Assembly: GCA_044357195.1 (NCBI GenBank)
Contig: JBIKPX010000001.1
Coordinates: 1 to 33,100, forward strand
DNA: 33,100 nucleotides
From: Candidatus Planktophila sp.
Lineage (GTDB): Bacteria; Actinomycetota; Actinomycetes; Nanopelagicales; Nanopelagicaceae
Reading direction: 5' to 3'
Shown: one piece after another, positions 8,296 through 16,532 of the stretch
Layout of the letters: each line of letters begins with the position of its first letter
Numbering within the stretch: the stretch's first letter is position 1
Position numbers and translations under genes: made by a program
Notes under the pieces: generated by a model
Database searches by the model: none
The model's input: only the letters and a program-made list of their open reading frames with translations
Told to the model about the DNA's origin: nothing

Positions 8296-8580
8296 ATGGC
8301 TAAGAAGATTTCACACGTGCTAAATGATCAAGAGCAGATTGATTTGATTATTAATCGAATTAAACGAGCACAAGGGCAACTGGGAGCTGTTGCGAGAATG
8401 CTCGAGGAAGGTCGCGCGTGCGATGAAATTGTCACTCAGATGTCGGCAGTTTCTAAGGCAGTAAATACAGCTGCATTTACTTTGATTTCAACAAGTCTTA
8501 AAGAGTGCTTGGTTGAAGATAAGTCGAATTCAAAGGCTGTCACAGCTCAACTTCAAAAACTATTTTTAAGTCTTGCGTAA
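8296..8580 (+). CDS. CsoR/RcnR family repressor, CstR-like (two Cys, no Cu-ligand His)
   Basis: NRIKRAQGQL, C42 and C71 at the family's 29-residue spacing, Ser67 at the CsoR His position, KLFLSLA end; SD GAGGAG. Confidence 0.88.
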   Translation: MAKKISHVLNDQEQIDLIINRIKRAQGQLGAVARMLEEGRACDEIVTQMSAVSKAVNTAAFTLISTSLKECLVEDKSNSKAVTAQLQKLFLSLA

Positions 8581-8590
8581 AGGAAACAAA

Positions 8591-8974
8591 ATGAAGAAAC
8601 TTTTAGTAGCACTCTTTGCATCCACCCTCTTACTCACCAGCTGCTCCAGTGGTGGTTCAGCGACAGATCTTGGCGCTTCGGATTTTTCCAATAAAATTGC
8701 CGAACCAGGTGTAGTGATCTTGGATGTTCGCACAGCGGGAGAATTTGCTGAAGGCCATATTGAAAATGCAATAAATATTGATGTTGAAGGTGGACAGTTT
8801 GATTCTGGAATTGCTGAATTAGATAAAACTAAAACTTATGCTGTCTACTGTCGAAGCGGTCGACGATCTGGCGTCGCTGTCGCAAAAATGAGCGATGCAG
8901 GTTTTACTTCGCTATTCAATTTAAATGCAGGAATCACAGACTGGCAAAGCCAGGGATATCCGGTAGTCGCCTAA
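8591..8974 (+). CDS. Single-domain rhodanese (sulfurtransferase) lipoprotein
   Basis: ATG 8591 after AAGGA; lipobox LLTSC; LDVRT..EF.EGHI.NA.NI; active-site loop YCRSGRRS; LNAGITDW. Confidence 0.9.
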   Translation: MKKLLVALFASTLLLTSCSSGGSATDLGASDFSNKIAEPGVVILDVRTAGEFAEGHIENAINIDVEGGQFDSGIAELDKTKTYAVYCRSGRRSGVAVAKMSDAGFTSLFNLNAGITDWQSQGYPVVA

Positions 8975-10617
8975 TGAAAAAAATTGTTGTAATCGGTGGC
9001 GTTGCCGGGGGCATGTCTGCGGCAACCAGACTACGCAGACTCGATGCTGAAGCAGAAATTATTGTTCTGGAAAAGAGTGGCTACGTTTCTTATGCTAACT
9101 GCGGACTTCCTTATTATGTTGGTGGAGTTATTGAAGAAGAAAACGATTTGTTGCTTCAAACCCCAACAAGCCTGCACGCACGCTTTCGCTTAGATGTTCG
9201 GGTGCTCACAGAAGCTTTAATTATTGATCCCGCAAAGAAAGAAGTAGCGGTTCAAGATTTACAAAGTGGAAATCGCTATACGTTGACATATGACAAGCTC
9301 GTACTGAGCCCTGGAGCATCACCAATTGTTCCGCCACTGCCAGGAGTTGAAAGAGCTCTCACGCTTCGAACTGTCGAAGATGTGGAACGCATCGTTGCGC
9401 AAGTGATGGCTAAGCCACAGAGCGCAGTTGTTATCGGCGGTGGTTTTATTGGTGTTGAGATAGCAGAAAATCTCATTCACAAAGGAATTCAGACATCAGT
9501 CATTGAAGCATCCGATCAAGTTTTAGCTCCACTAGATCCTGAAATGGCAACACTTGTTGCTAGAGAGATGCGTTTACAAAAAGTTGATCTCCATCTTGGC
9601 GTAAGTGTTTCTGCCATTAATCCAAAGAGCGTCACACTTTCTGATGGTGTTGAGATACCAGCCGAGTTAGTGATACTTGCAATTGGCGTGAAGCCAGATA
9701 CTTCCCTTGCAAAGAATGCTGGACTTCTTATTGGTTCCAGAAATGGAATCAAAGTTGATGAATTTAATCGCACAAGCAACCTAGATATTTATGCAATTGG
9801 TGACGTCGCAGAAAAGACTGATGCGCTAGATGGTGGCGCAACCCTGGTTCCTCTTGCAAATCTTGCTAACCGCCACGGAAGAGTTGTGGCCGATCACATC
9901 AACGGTCGCACGGTCCGGCCTGTAAAAACTATCGGAACGGCAATCGTTAAGGTTTTTGATTTGATGATTGCGACTACCGGCTGGAATGAAAAACGTCTAA
10001 AAGTTTCTGGGCGTTCATATACATCAATTCACTCTCATCCAAATTCTCATGCGGGCTATTATCCAGATGCAAAACAAATGACTCTTAAACTAATCTTTGA
10101 TCCACAGAGCGGTGAAATTCTTGGAGCACAAGGAGTTGGGATCGAAGGTGTAGACAAGCGAATTGATGTCATTGCCACTGCAATCCGCGGAGACATCACA
10201 GCACCAGAATTAGCCGATCTGGAACTGGCTTACGCACCACCATTTGGTTCTGCAAAAGATCCTGTAAACATGTTGGGATATATGGCAGAGAACGTAATTT
10301 CTGGATTAATTGAAACTGCTCAGTGGAATCAAATTGATGAGTTTCGTGACAAAGGTTTTGAACTTATCGATGTGCGCACAGAAGGTGAATTCGAACGTGG
10401 TTCTATCCCGGGTGCGATCAATATCCCTGTTGACGAAATTCGCGAGAGACAATCAGAAATAGCTAACAAGAACTTGTTGGTTACATGCCAGGTAGGACAA
10501 CGTGGACACACCGCCTCACTTCTTTTAAAGGAGCTAGGTTTTAATGCAGTAAATCTTGATGGTGGATATCTTCTTTGGAGTAATTCACCAGCAGCTAAAT
10601 CACTCGTAACTAAGTAA
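8974..10617 (+). CDS. CoA-disulfide/persulfide reductase with C-terminal rhodanese domain (CoADR-RHD / Npsr-like)
   Basis: GGVAGG FAD motif, SYANC43GLPY redox Cys, GGGFIGVE NAD(P)H motif, YAIGD, YAPPF..AKDPVN, rhodanese domain IDVRT..CQVGQRG..NLDGG. Confidence 0.92.
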   Translation: MKKIVVIGGVAGGMSAATRLRRLDAEAEIIVLEKSGYVSYANCGLPYYVGGVIEEENDLLLQTPTSLHARFRLDVRVLTEALIIDPAKKEVAVQDLQSGNRYTLTYDKLVLSPGASPIVPPLPGVERALTLRTVEDVERIVAQVMAKPQSAVVIGGGFIGVEIAENLIHKGIQTSVIEASDQVLAPLDPEMATLVAREMRLQKVDLHLGVSVSAINPKSVTLSDGVEIPAELVILAIGVKPDTSLAKNAGLLIGSRNGIKVDEFNRTSNLDIYAIGDVAEKTDALDGGATLVPLANLANRHGRVVADHINGRTVRPVKTIGTAIVKVFDLMIATTGWNEKRLKVSGRSYTSIHSHPNSHAGYYPDAKQMTLKLIFDPQSGEILGAQGVGIEGVDKRIDVIATAIRGDITAPELADLELAYAPPFGSAKDPVNMLGYMAENVISGLIETAQWNQIDEFRDKGFELIDVRTEGEFERGSIPGAINIPVDEIRERQSEIANKNLLVTCQVGQRGHTASLLLKELGFNAVNLDGGYLLWSNSPAAKSLVTK

Positions 10618-10628
10618 AGGATAGAAAT

Positions 10629-10799
10629 ATGTGCAGTAGAACAACATGTCGTAAATGTGGAAAACCATCATGGTCAGGCTGTGGCAACCACATTGAAATC
10701 GCTCTTAAAGGTGTGGCAAAGAAAGATCGTTGCCAAGGACATACAAATGATCCTAAAGAGCCAGGGTTGATGAGCAGATTATTCGCTCGTAAGAAGTAA
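10629..10799 (+). CDS. Cys/His-rich microprotein B (56 aa), paralog of 8157-8270
   Basis: Not in the ORF track (<60 aa). AAAGGA upstream. MCSRTTCRKCGKPSWSGCGNHIEIALKGVAKKDRCQGHTNDPKEPGLMSRLFARKK; 21/35 identical to microprotein A, ungapped. Confidence 0.88.
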   Translation: MCSRTTCRKCGKPSWSGCGNHIEIALKGVAKKDRCQGHTNDPKEPGLMSRLFARKK

Positions 10800-10808
10800 A
10801 GTAGGTCC

Positions 10809-11033
10809 ATGAACGATTGGATCGCAGCAGTACAAAAGGAACTTGGTTTAGATGTTTCATTTGATACTGATGCAATTTTGGATGTAGCTCGTGAAGCTGC
10901 GCACGCAACAGAGCGTAAGGCTGCACCGGTTACAACATATTTAATGGGCGTTGCAGCAGCGCAAGGTGCAAACCCACAAGAGGTTGCAGCAAAGATTGAG
11001 AAGTTAGCTAAGGGCTGGCCAAGAGCCACATGA
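10809..11033 (+). CDS. DUF6457-like small protein (commonly associated with Moco biosynthesis genes)
   Basis: MNDWI..ELGL..ILDVAREAAH..ERKAAPVTTYLMGVAAA pattern; ATGA overlap with moeA. Confidence 0.75.
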   Translation: MNDWIAAVQKELGLDVSFDTDAILDVAREAAHATERKAAPVTTYLMGVAAAQGANPQEVAAKIEKLAKGWPRAT

Positions 11034-12181
11034 TTCAGGAAGCTCACTGGGAACAAGCCAGAAGTGAGGCATACAGTTTTTGGAAGCAATTACCTTCAGA
11101 AAAGATAACTTTAGATTTATGTGTTGATCGCACACTTGCAAAAGATGCGATTGCACTCGTAGAACTTCCAACATTTCCAACATCTGCCATGGATGGATAT
11201 GCGGTGTGTGGTGCTGGACCTTGGAACATAGTTGGTGAAGTAAAAGCAGGTACACCTATGAAAGGCGCCCTTAAAGCAGGAACTGCAGTAAAGATTGCAA
11301 CGGGCGCCGTTATTCCTGATAAAACATTTGGAATTATTCGATGGGAAGTTGCAACTGTAGATGGCGACAAGTTAAGTGGCGAAGTAAAAGAAGGACAAGA
11401 GATTCGCCCGGCTGGCTTAGAAAGTAAAAAGGGTGAAGTACTTGCAACGGCTGGAACAATTCTTAATCCAGGACTCATTGGTTTATTAGCCGCTGCCGGC
11501 CACGATGGACTAGAAGTAGTTCGTAAACCGCGTGCCACAATTATTTTACTCGGTGATGAAATTGTTTTAGATGGCCTGCCCCATGATGGATTAGTTCGAG
11601 ACGCACTAGGACCACAACTCCCAGGGTGGTTACACAAACTAGGCGTTGAGGTAATCGCAACGCATTATGTTTCAGATGAGATAGAGCTCGTGACCAAAGC
11701 CTTTGCAGTGGCTGCAAAAAATAGTGACATTGTCTTTACAACTGCTGGCACAGCAGATGGGCCACGCGATCACGTGCGCGCTGCAATCGCTGGGCTAAAA
11801 GGTGAGTTAATTATTGATCGTGTGAAAGTTCGCCCAGGTCATCCAATGGTTTTGGCACACATAAACAAAATACCTTTTGTTGGATTACCTGGTAATCCGC
11901 AATCAGCAATCGTTGCGCTTTTAACACTTGGCCAACCAGTAATTGATGCACTCATGGGACGAAAAGAAGCAGAACTCCATCAAATTGTTACAGGCGATGT
12001 TATTGATGTTTCACAAGGTTTCACACGTTTAGTTTTAGGAAATATTGTTGATGGTTGGTTTGAAATGGGAGAATATTTAGGATCTGCAATGTTGCGCGGG
12101 CTTGCGCACTCAACTGGTTTTGCTGTGGCAGAAAAATCTATGGAAGAAGGAGAAATGGTGGCGTGGTTGCCACTGCCTTAA
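11030..12181 (+). CDS. moeA: Molybdopterin molybdotransferase MoeA
   Basis: SAMDGYAV, AVKIATGAVIP, LGDEIV, VKVRPGHP, GLPGNPQSA, GSAMLRGLA. Confidence 0.88.
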   Translation: MIQEAHWEQARSEAYSFWKQLPSEKITLDLCVDRTLAKDAIALVELPTFPTSAMDGYAVCGAGPWNIVGEVKAGTPMKGALKAGTAVKIATGAVIPDKTFGIIRWEVATVDGDKLSGEVKEGQEIRPAGLESKKGEVLATAGTILNPGLIGLLAAAGHDGLEVVRKPRATIILLGDEIVLDGLPHDGLVRDALGPQLPGWLHKLGVEVIATHYVSDEIELVTKAFAVAAKNSDIVFTTAGTADGPRDHVRAAIAGLKGELIIDRVKVRPGHPMVLAHINKIPFVGLPGNPQSAIVALLTLGQPVIDALMGRKEAELHQIVTGDVIDVSQGFTRLVLGNIVDGWFEMGEYLGSAMLRGLAHSTGFAVAEKSMEEGEMVAWLPLP

Positions 12182-12405
12182 CGCTTGAAGCGACGATAAG
12201 TTATTAAGCCTGCAATACCTAAACCAATAACAATGCCCAAGATTACGAATTGGATGTCATCACTGTCGTGATCAAGTTCTTCTGGATTTTCGGGGCCTTC
12301 ATCCTCAGAAAGTATTGTTATTGAGTGCTGATATGAATGCGCCTGAGCCATAGGCGCAAAACTAAGAGCAAGTGCGAGTGCAAGGCCAGCTAGAAATTTA
12401 GGCAT
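12178..12405 (-). CDS. Small exported, membrane-anchored hypothetical protein (75 aa)
   Basis: From ATG 12405: signal peptide MPKFLAGLALALALSFAPMAQA, HSYQH plus an acidic linker, TM helix, RRFKR tail. TACATT lies 6 nt upstream of the ATG. Confidence 0.7.
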   Translation of the reverse strand: MPKFLAGLALALALSFAPMAQAHSYQHSITILSEDEGPENPEELDHDSDDIQFVILGIVIGLGIAGLITYRRFKR

Positions 12406-12421
12406 GTTTTTAATGTAGTAC

Positions 12422-12838
12422 TTATGCAGCTGATTTACGAGATGGACGCGTCTTTGCCTTCTCATTGAAATACATAAACCATCCATAGAGCGCACTGATG
12501 ATCAAATACGGCGCAACGCTTGCAAGGGCTGCAACGAAGTCGATACCTATTTGACTAATTTTGATTCCACTAGAAAGAATCACACTTACCAAAATTGTGC
12601 CAGCAAAAGCTAGTGGTGGAGTGACAACACTGACATAACGTGTGCCAGTACGACCTAGGCGAACACCACCGAATACAGCAACACATAGAACTACACCTGT
12701 AACGATTCCAACACCGCTTCGGATCCAGAGTTCAAGGAGTGTGAAGAGAGCGATAAATAAGGTTTGTAATACAACTACGCCTTGCTTCTTTAAGCCAGGG
12801 CCAGTAATTGCGACTCTGTTAGGTGTTTCTGTGCTCAT
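12422..12838 (-). CDS. Actinobacterial membrane protein (DUF6542-like)
   Basis: Four hydrophobic segments, GPGL near the N-terminus, VVTPPLAF motif; translationally coupled to rmuC. Confidence 0.65.
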   Translation of the reverse strand: MSTETPNRVAITGPGLKKQGVVVLQTLFIALFTLLELWIRSGVGIVTGVVLCVAVFGGVRLGRTGTRYVSVVTPPLAFAGTILVSVILSSGIKISQIGIDFVAALASVAPYLIISALYGWFMYFNEKAKTRPSRKSAA

Positions 12839-13998
12839 ACCTGCTCTTCATCCTCTTCTGCGTCAATGTAATCAATTTCTAGTGCTGAAGATTTAATTGC
12901 TCGAACTTCATCATCAACATCTGCCAGCGCTGCAATCTTATTGCTTCCACTAGAAACTCCCAGTTGCATCATCTTTCGCGCTGGGCGCATCACAGTTGTT
13001 TCAGCAGTTGCAATCACATCGTTAAAGGCACGCTCCGCACTCTTGATGCGATCTCCCAATGTGGAGAGCTTGCTATGTAGTGAACCGATTCGCTTGAGTA
13101 GTTCACCAGCTAGATTTTGAATCTCTGTTGCATTACGCGCTAAATCATTACGGCTAAATGCATATCCAACTGTTCGCAGCAGCGCCAACATAGTTGTTGG
13201 TGTTGCAATTGTTACGTGCTTTGAAAATGCTTTTTCTAGCAGTTGCGGATCAGCTTTGAGAGATTCAGAGAGAATAGATTCAAAGGGTGCAAAGAGCACG
13301 ACAAAATCAGGGGAGTTAGAGACTCCTTGGTAATCACGCTTTGCCAGTGCATCAACGTGCTTAAGTAAATCTTTTGCGTGTAGCGCCATCGCTTCAGAGC
13401 GCGCATCGGGATCTTCCATGTCTACTGCCTCTAAGAAGCGGTGAAATGGAAACTTTGAATCGATAAATATCTGACTGCCACCAGGAATTGCGATGGTGAT
13501 ATCAGGACGCGAAACATCTGCTGAATCAGAACGTGAAGACTCTTGTCGCTCGAAGTGAACACCTTCAATCAGGCCCGCACTTTCTAAGAGGATTTCTAAT
13601 TGTGTTTCACCGAATTTTCCGCGGGTTTGTGAATTAGATAGAGCGCCTGCCAGCTTTGTTGCTTGCTCAAGTAAAGATTGATTACCTACTCGCATAGATT
13701 CGATCTGAGTTTTAATTGCAGATTCGGCAGCAAATCTTTTGTTTTCAGCCTCTTGTGCTTGCGTGGATAATGTATTCATACGCGCTTTAACGTCGCTGAG
13801 AACTTCATCTAGTCTCACAGTGTTATTTTGTTGAGTTTGCGCTGTGGCTAATTGTTCGGTGAGCATCTTTACTTGTGCTTGTGCACCAAGTGCGTTGGCA
13901 TTGGCAGCCCGAGATTTAAGGGTGGCAATTACAAAGCCGAGGGCAATGCCTATGGCCAGGCCAATGAGAAGGGTCACTGTTGATGCTTGCATGGGCAT
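12835..13998 (-). CDS. rmuC: DNA recombination protein RmuC
   Basis: N-terminal TM + coiled coil, RGKFGETQLE, RPD..IDSKFP nuclease-like motif, PDFVVLF, ATPTTMLALLRTV. The start may be ATG 13992. Confidence 0.92.
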   Translation of the reverse strand: MPMQASTVTLLIGLAIGIALGFVIATLKSRAANANALGAQAQVKMLTEQLATAQTQQNNTVRLDEVLSDVKARMNTLSTQAQEAENKRFAAESAIKTQIESMRVGNQSLLEQATKLAGALSNSQTRGKFGETQLEILLESAGLIEGVHFERQESSRSDSADVSRPDITIAIPGGSQIFIDSKFPFHRFLEAVDMEDPDARSEAMALHAKDLLKHVDALAKRDYQGVSNSPDFVVLFAPFESILSESLKADPQLLEKAFSKHVTIATPTTMLALLRTVGYAFSRNDLARNATEIQNLAGELLKRIGSLHSKLSTLGDRIKSAERAFNDVIATAETTVMRPARKMMQLGVSSGSNKIAALADVDDEVRAIKSSALEIDYIDAEEDEEQV

Positions 13999-14043
13999 AT
14001 CGTGGCAGTAACCACTGACGAAGGCGCGTAGGCTCTACTCCTC

Positions 14044-15117
14044 GTGAGCCTCTCAATCGGAATCGTCGGTCTGCCAAATGTGGGCAAGTCCACCCTTTTT
14101 AATGCGTTGACTAAGAACAATGTTCTTGCCGCTAACTATCCCTTTGCAACAATCGAGCCAAACGTCGGCGTTGTTGGTGTTCCAGATGATCGCTTGCCAA
14201 AGCTTGCAAAGATTTATGGCTCAGAAAAGATTCTTCCAGCTGCGCTCTCATTCGTAGATATCGCAGGAATTGTTAAGGGAGCATCTGAAGGTGCAGGCCT
14301 TGGAAATAAGTTCTTAGCAAACATCCGCGAAACAGATGCCATCTGCCAAGTAATTCGAGTCTTTAACGATGGCGATGTTGTTCACGTGGACGGAAAGATT
14401 GATCCAGCAAGTGATATGGAAACGATTAATACTGAATTAGCGCTCGCAGATTTACAGACTCTTGAAAAAGCGTTGCCACGTATTGAAAAAGAAGCGCGAG
14501 TCAATAAAGAACGCCAGAGCGTGTTGGATGCAATGAAGGCAGCCGAAGCACATCTTCAAAGCGGAAAGCCTTTATCTTCTAGCAAAATAGATTTACCAGA
14601 ACTTAAAGAGTTGCACCTACTAACGGCAAAACCATTCTTATATGTATTTAACGTAGATGCTGCCGAACTTGGCGATGAAGAGCTTAAGAAAAAGTTGGCA
14701 GCACTCGTTGCACCAGCTGAAGCAATTTTCCTTGATGCAAAGACAGAGTCTGAACTTGCAGAACTCAGCGATGAAGATGCACTCGAATTGCTGCAATCAA
14801 TTGGCTTAAAGGAACCTGGTCTTGCAACACTTGCACGAGTTGGATTTAAAACACTTGGCTTGCAAACGTATTTAACTGCAGGGCCAAAAGAAACTCGTGC
14901 ATGGACAATTCATAACGGTGACACTGCGCCAATGGCAGCAGGAGTTATTCATACAGATTTCCAAAAAGGATTTATTAAAGCGGAAATCGTTTCATTCGAT
15001 GATCTGCTTGAAGCAGGTTCTGTGGCAGATGCAAAGTCAAAGGGCAAAGTTCGAATGGAAGGCAAAGATTACGTAATGGCAGATGGGGACGTAGTCGAGT
15101 TCCGCTTTAACGTTTAG
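14044..15117 (+). CDS. ychF: Redox-regulated ribosome-binding ATPase YchF
   Basis: [63 protein letters not shown]. Confidence 0.97.
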   Translation: MSLSIGIVGLPNVGKSTLFNALTKNNVLAANYPFATIEPNVGVVGVPDDRLPKLAKIYGSEKILPAALSFVDIAGIVKGASEGAGLGNKFLANIRETDAICQVIRVFNDGDVVHVDGKIDPASDMETINTELALADLQTLEKALPRIEKEARVNKERQSVLDAMKAAEAHLQSGKPLSSSKIDLPELKELHLLTAKPFLYVFNVDAAELGDEELKKKLAALVAPAEAIFLDAKTESELAELSDEDALELLQSIGLKEPGLATLARVGFKTLGLQTYLTAGPKETRAWTIHNGDTAPMAAGVIHTDFQKGFIKAEIVSFDDLLEAGSVADAKSKGKVRMEGKDYVMADGDVVEFRFNV

Positions 15118-15120
15118 TTT

Positions 15121-16470
15121 TTACTCTTTGTAATACTTAGCAACTGATTCGAGTGCTTTATCAAACATCTCAAGACCCAACTTCGCATCTTCTACTGAGA
15201 TGTTGCACGGTGGGCACAAGTGAATGCGGTTGAAGTTATTAAATGGCATTAATCCTGCAGCTTTGCATGCAGCAACAAGTTCGTTCATTTCAGGACTTGT
15301 TCCACCGTATGCAGCCATTGGATTACGGGTTGTTCGACTTGTAACGATATCGATTCCCCAGAAAACACCGCCACCGCGAACATCGCCTATAACTTTGTGT
15401 TTCTTTGCTAATTCAACAAGCCCAGGGCCGAAAACTTTCTCACCAATCATGGTGGCGTTTTCAAGCATCTTCTCTTCTTTCATAACATCAATCGTTGCAA
15501 CCGCTGCCGCGCATGCAAGGGGATGTCCTGAATAGGTAAGCCCGCCAGGAAATGCGCGCTCATTAAATGTATTTGAAATCGCCTCTGAGATAACTACGCC
15601 ACCGAGTGGGACATAACCAGAAGTCACACCTTTAGCGAATGTGATCAAATCAGGAATTACTGAAGAGTTTTGATACGCAAACCATTTACCTGTGCGACCA
15701 AAGCCTGACATGACTTCATCTGCAATCCACATGATCTTGTACTTATCGCATAGCGCACGAAGGCCTTCGAGATAACCCTTAGGTGGAACAAGTACTCCTG
15801 CAGTTCCGCCAACTGATTCAAGTAAAATTGCGCCAATTGTGTTGGGACCTTCAAAAATAATCATCTGTTCTAAGTGAGCAAGTGCGCGTTCGCACTCTTC
15901 TGCCTCAGTAGTTGCTTGAAATGCAGAACGATAAAGATATGGACCCCAGAAGTGAACGTGACCATAGCTATATTCATTTGGGAAACGACGTGGGTCACCA
16001 GTTGCGTTAATCGAAGAGCCGGTGTTGCCGTGATAGGAACGATATGTTGAAAAAATCTTATGCTTATTTGTATGCAAGCGCGCCATACGGATGGCGTTTT
16101 CGACTGCATCGGCTCCACCATTTGTGAAAAAAACTTTCTTAAAGTGTCCGCCGGCTAGTTCAACAATTCTCTGCGCTGCTTCATTGCGCGCATCATTTGA
16201 GTGTTGTGGAGCAAGGGCTGTCAAAGTTGCTGCTTGATCTTGAATGGCTTTCACAACTTTAGGGTGTTGGTGTCCGATATTTGTAAAGACAAGTTGTGAA
16301 GAAAAATCTAAATATGTTTTGCCTTCGTAATCCCAGAAACGTGAACCAGAACTACCGGCAACAGGCAGAGGTTTGATTTGTGCTTGGGCTGACCAGGAGT
16401 GAAAAACATATTCATGGTCAGCAGCAGTTACTGCGGCACCCTTTTTTGGATCTGCCTGTGGATTGGACAC
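15121..16470 (-). CDS. Class-III PLP aminotransferase (omega-amino acid/beta-alanine type)
   Basis: YLDFSSQL..NIGHQHP, SYHG, IADEVMSGFGRTG, PLP lysine in DLITFAKGVTSGY, GGLTYSGHP. Confidence 0.88.
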   Translation of the reverse strand: MSNPQADPKKGAAVTAADHEYVFHSWSAQAQIKPLPVAGSSGSRFWDYEGKTYLDFSSQLVFTNIGHQHPKVVKAIQDQAATLTALAPQHSNDARNEAAQRIVELAGGHFKKVFFTNGGADAVENAIRMARLHTNKHKIFSTYRSYHGNTGSSINATGDPRRFPNEYSYGHVHFWGPYLYRSAFQATTEAEECERALAHLEQMIIFEGPNTIGAILLESVGGTAGVLVPPKGYLEGLRALCDKYKIMWIADEVMSGFGRTGKWFAYQNSSVIPDLITFAKGVTSGYVPLGGVVISEAISNTFNERAFPGGLTYSGHPLACAAAVATIDVMKEEKMLENATMIGEKVFGPGLVELAKKHKVIGDVRGGGVFWGIDIVTSRTTRNPMAAYGGTSPEMNELVAACKAAGLMPFNNFNRIHLCPPCNISVEDAKLGLEMFDKALESVAKYYKE

Positions 16471-16532
16471 GAAAAAGACTTCCCTTCAACACTGAATAGC
16501 GCAAGCATAATGCTCTCAGATAGTGTGCGTCT

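Noticed and set aside
10610-11089. 159-aa minus-strand ORF
   Set aside because: Antisense shadow of microprotein B and DUF6457, both of which have better support.
4268-12405. Intact prophage, ICE or integron after tRNA-Tyr
   Set aside because: No integrase, transposase, phage gene or attC-like repeat was seen, and I found no further tRNA-end copy beyond 4882.
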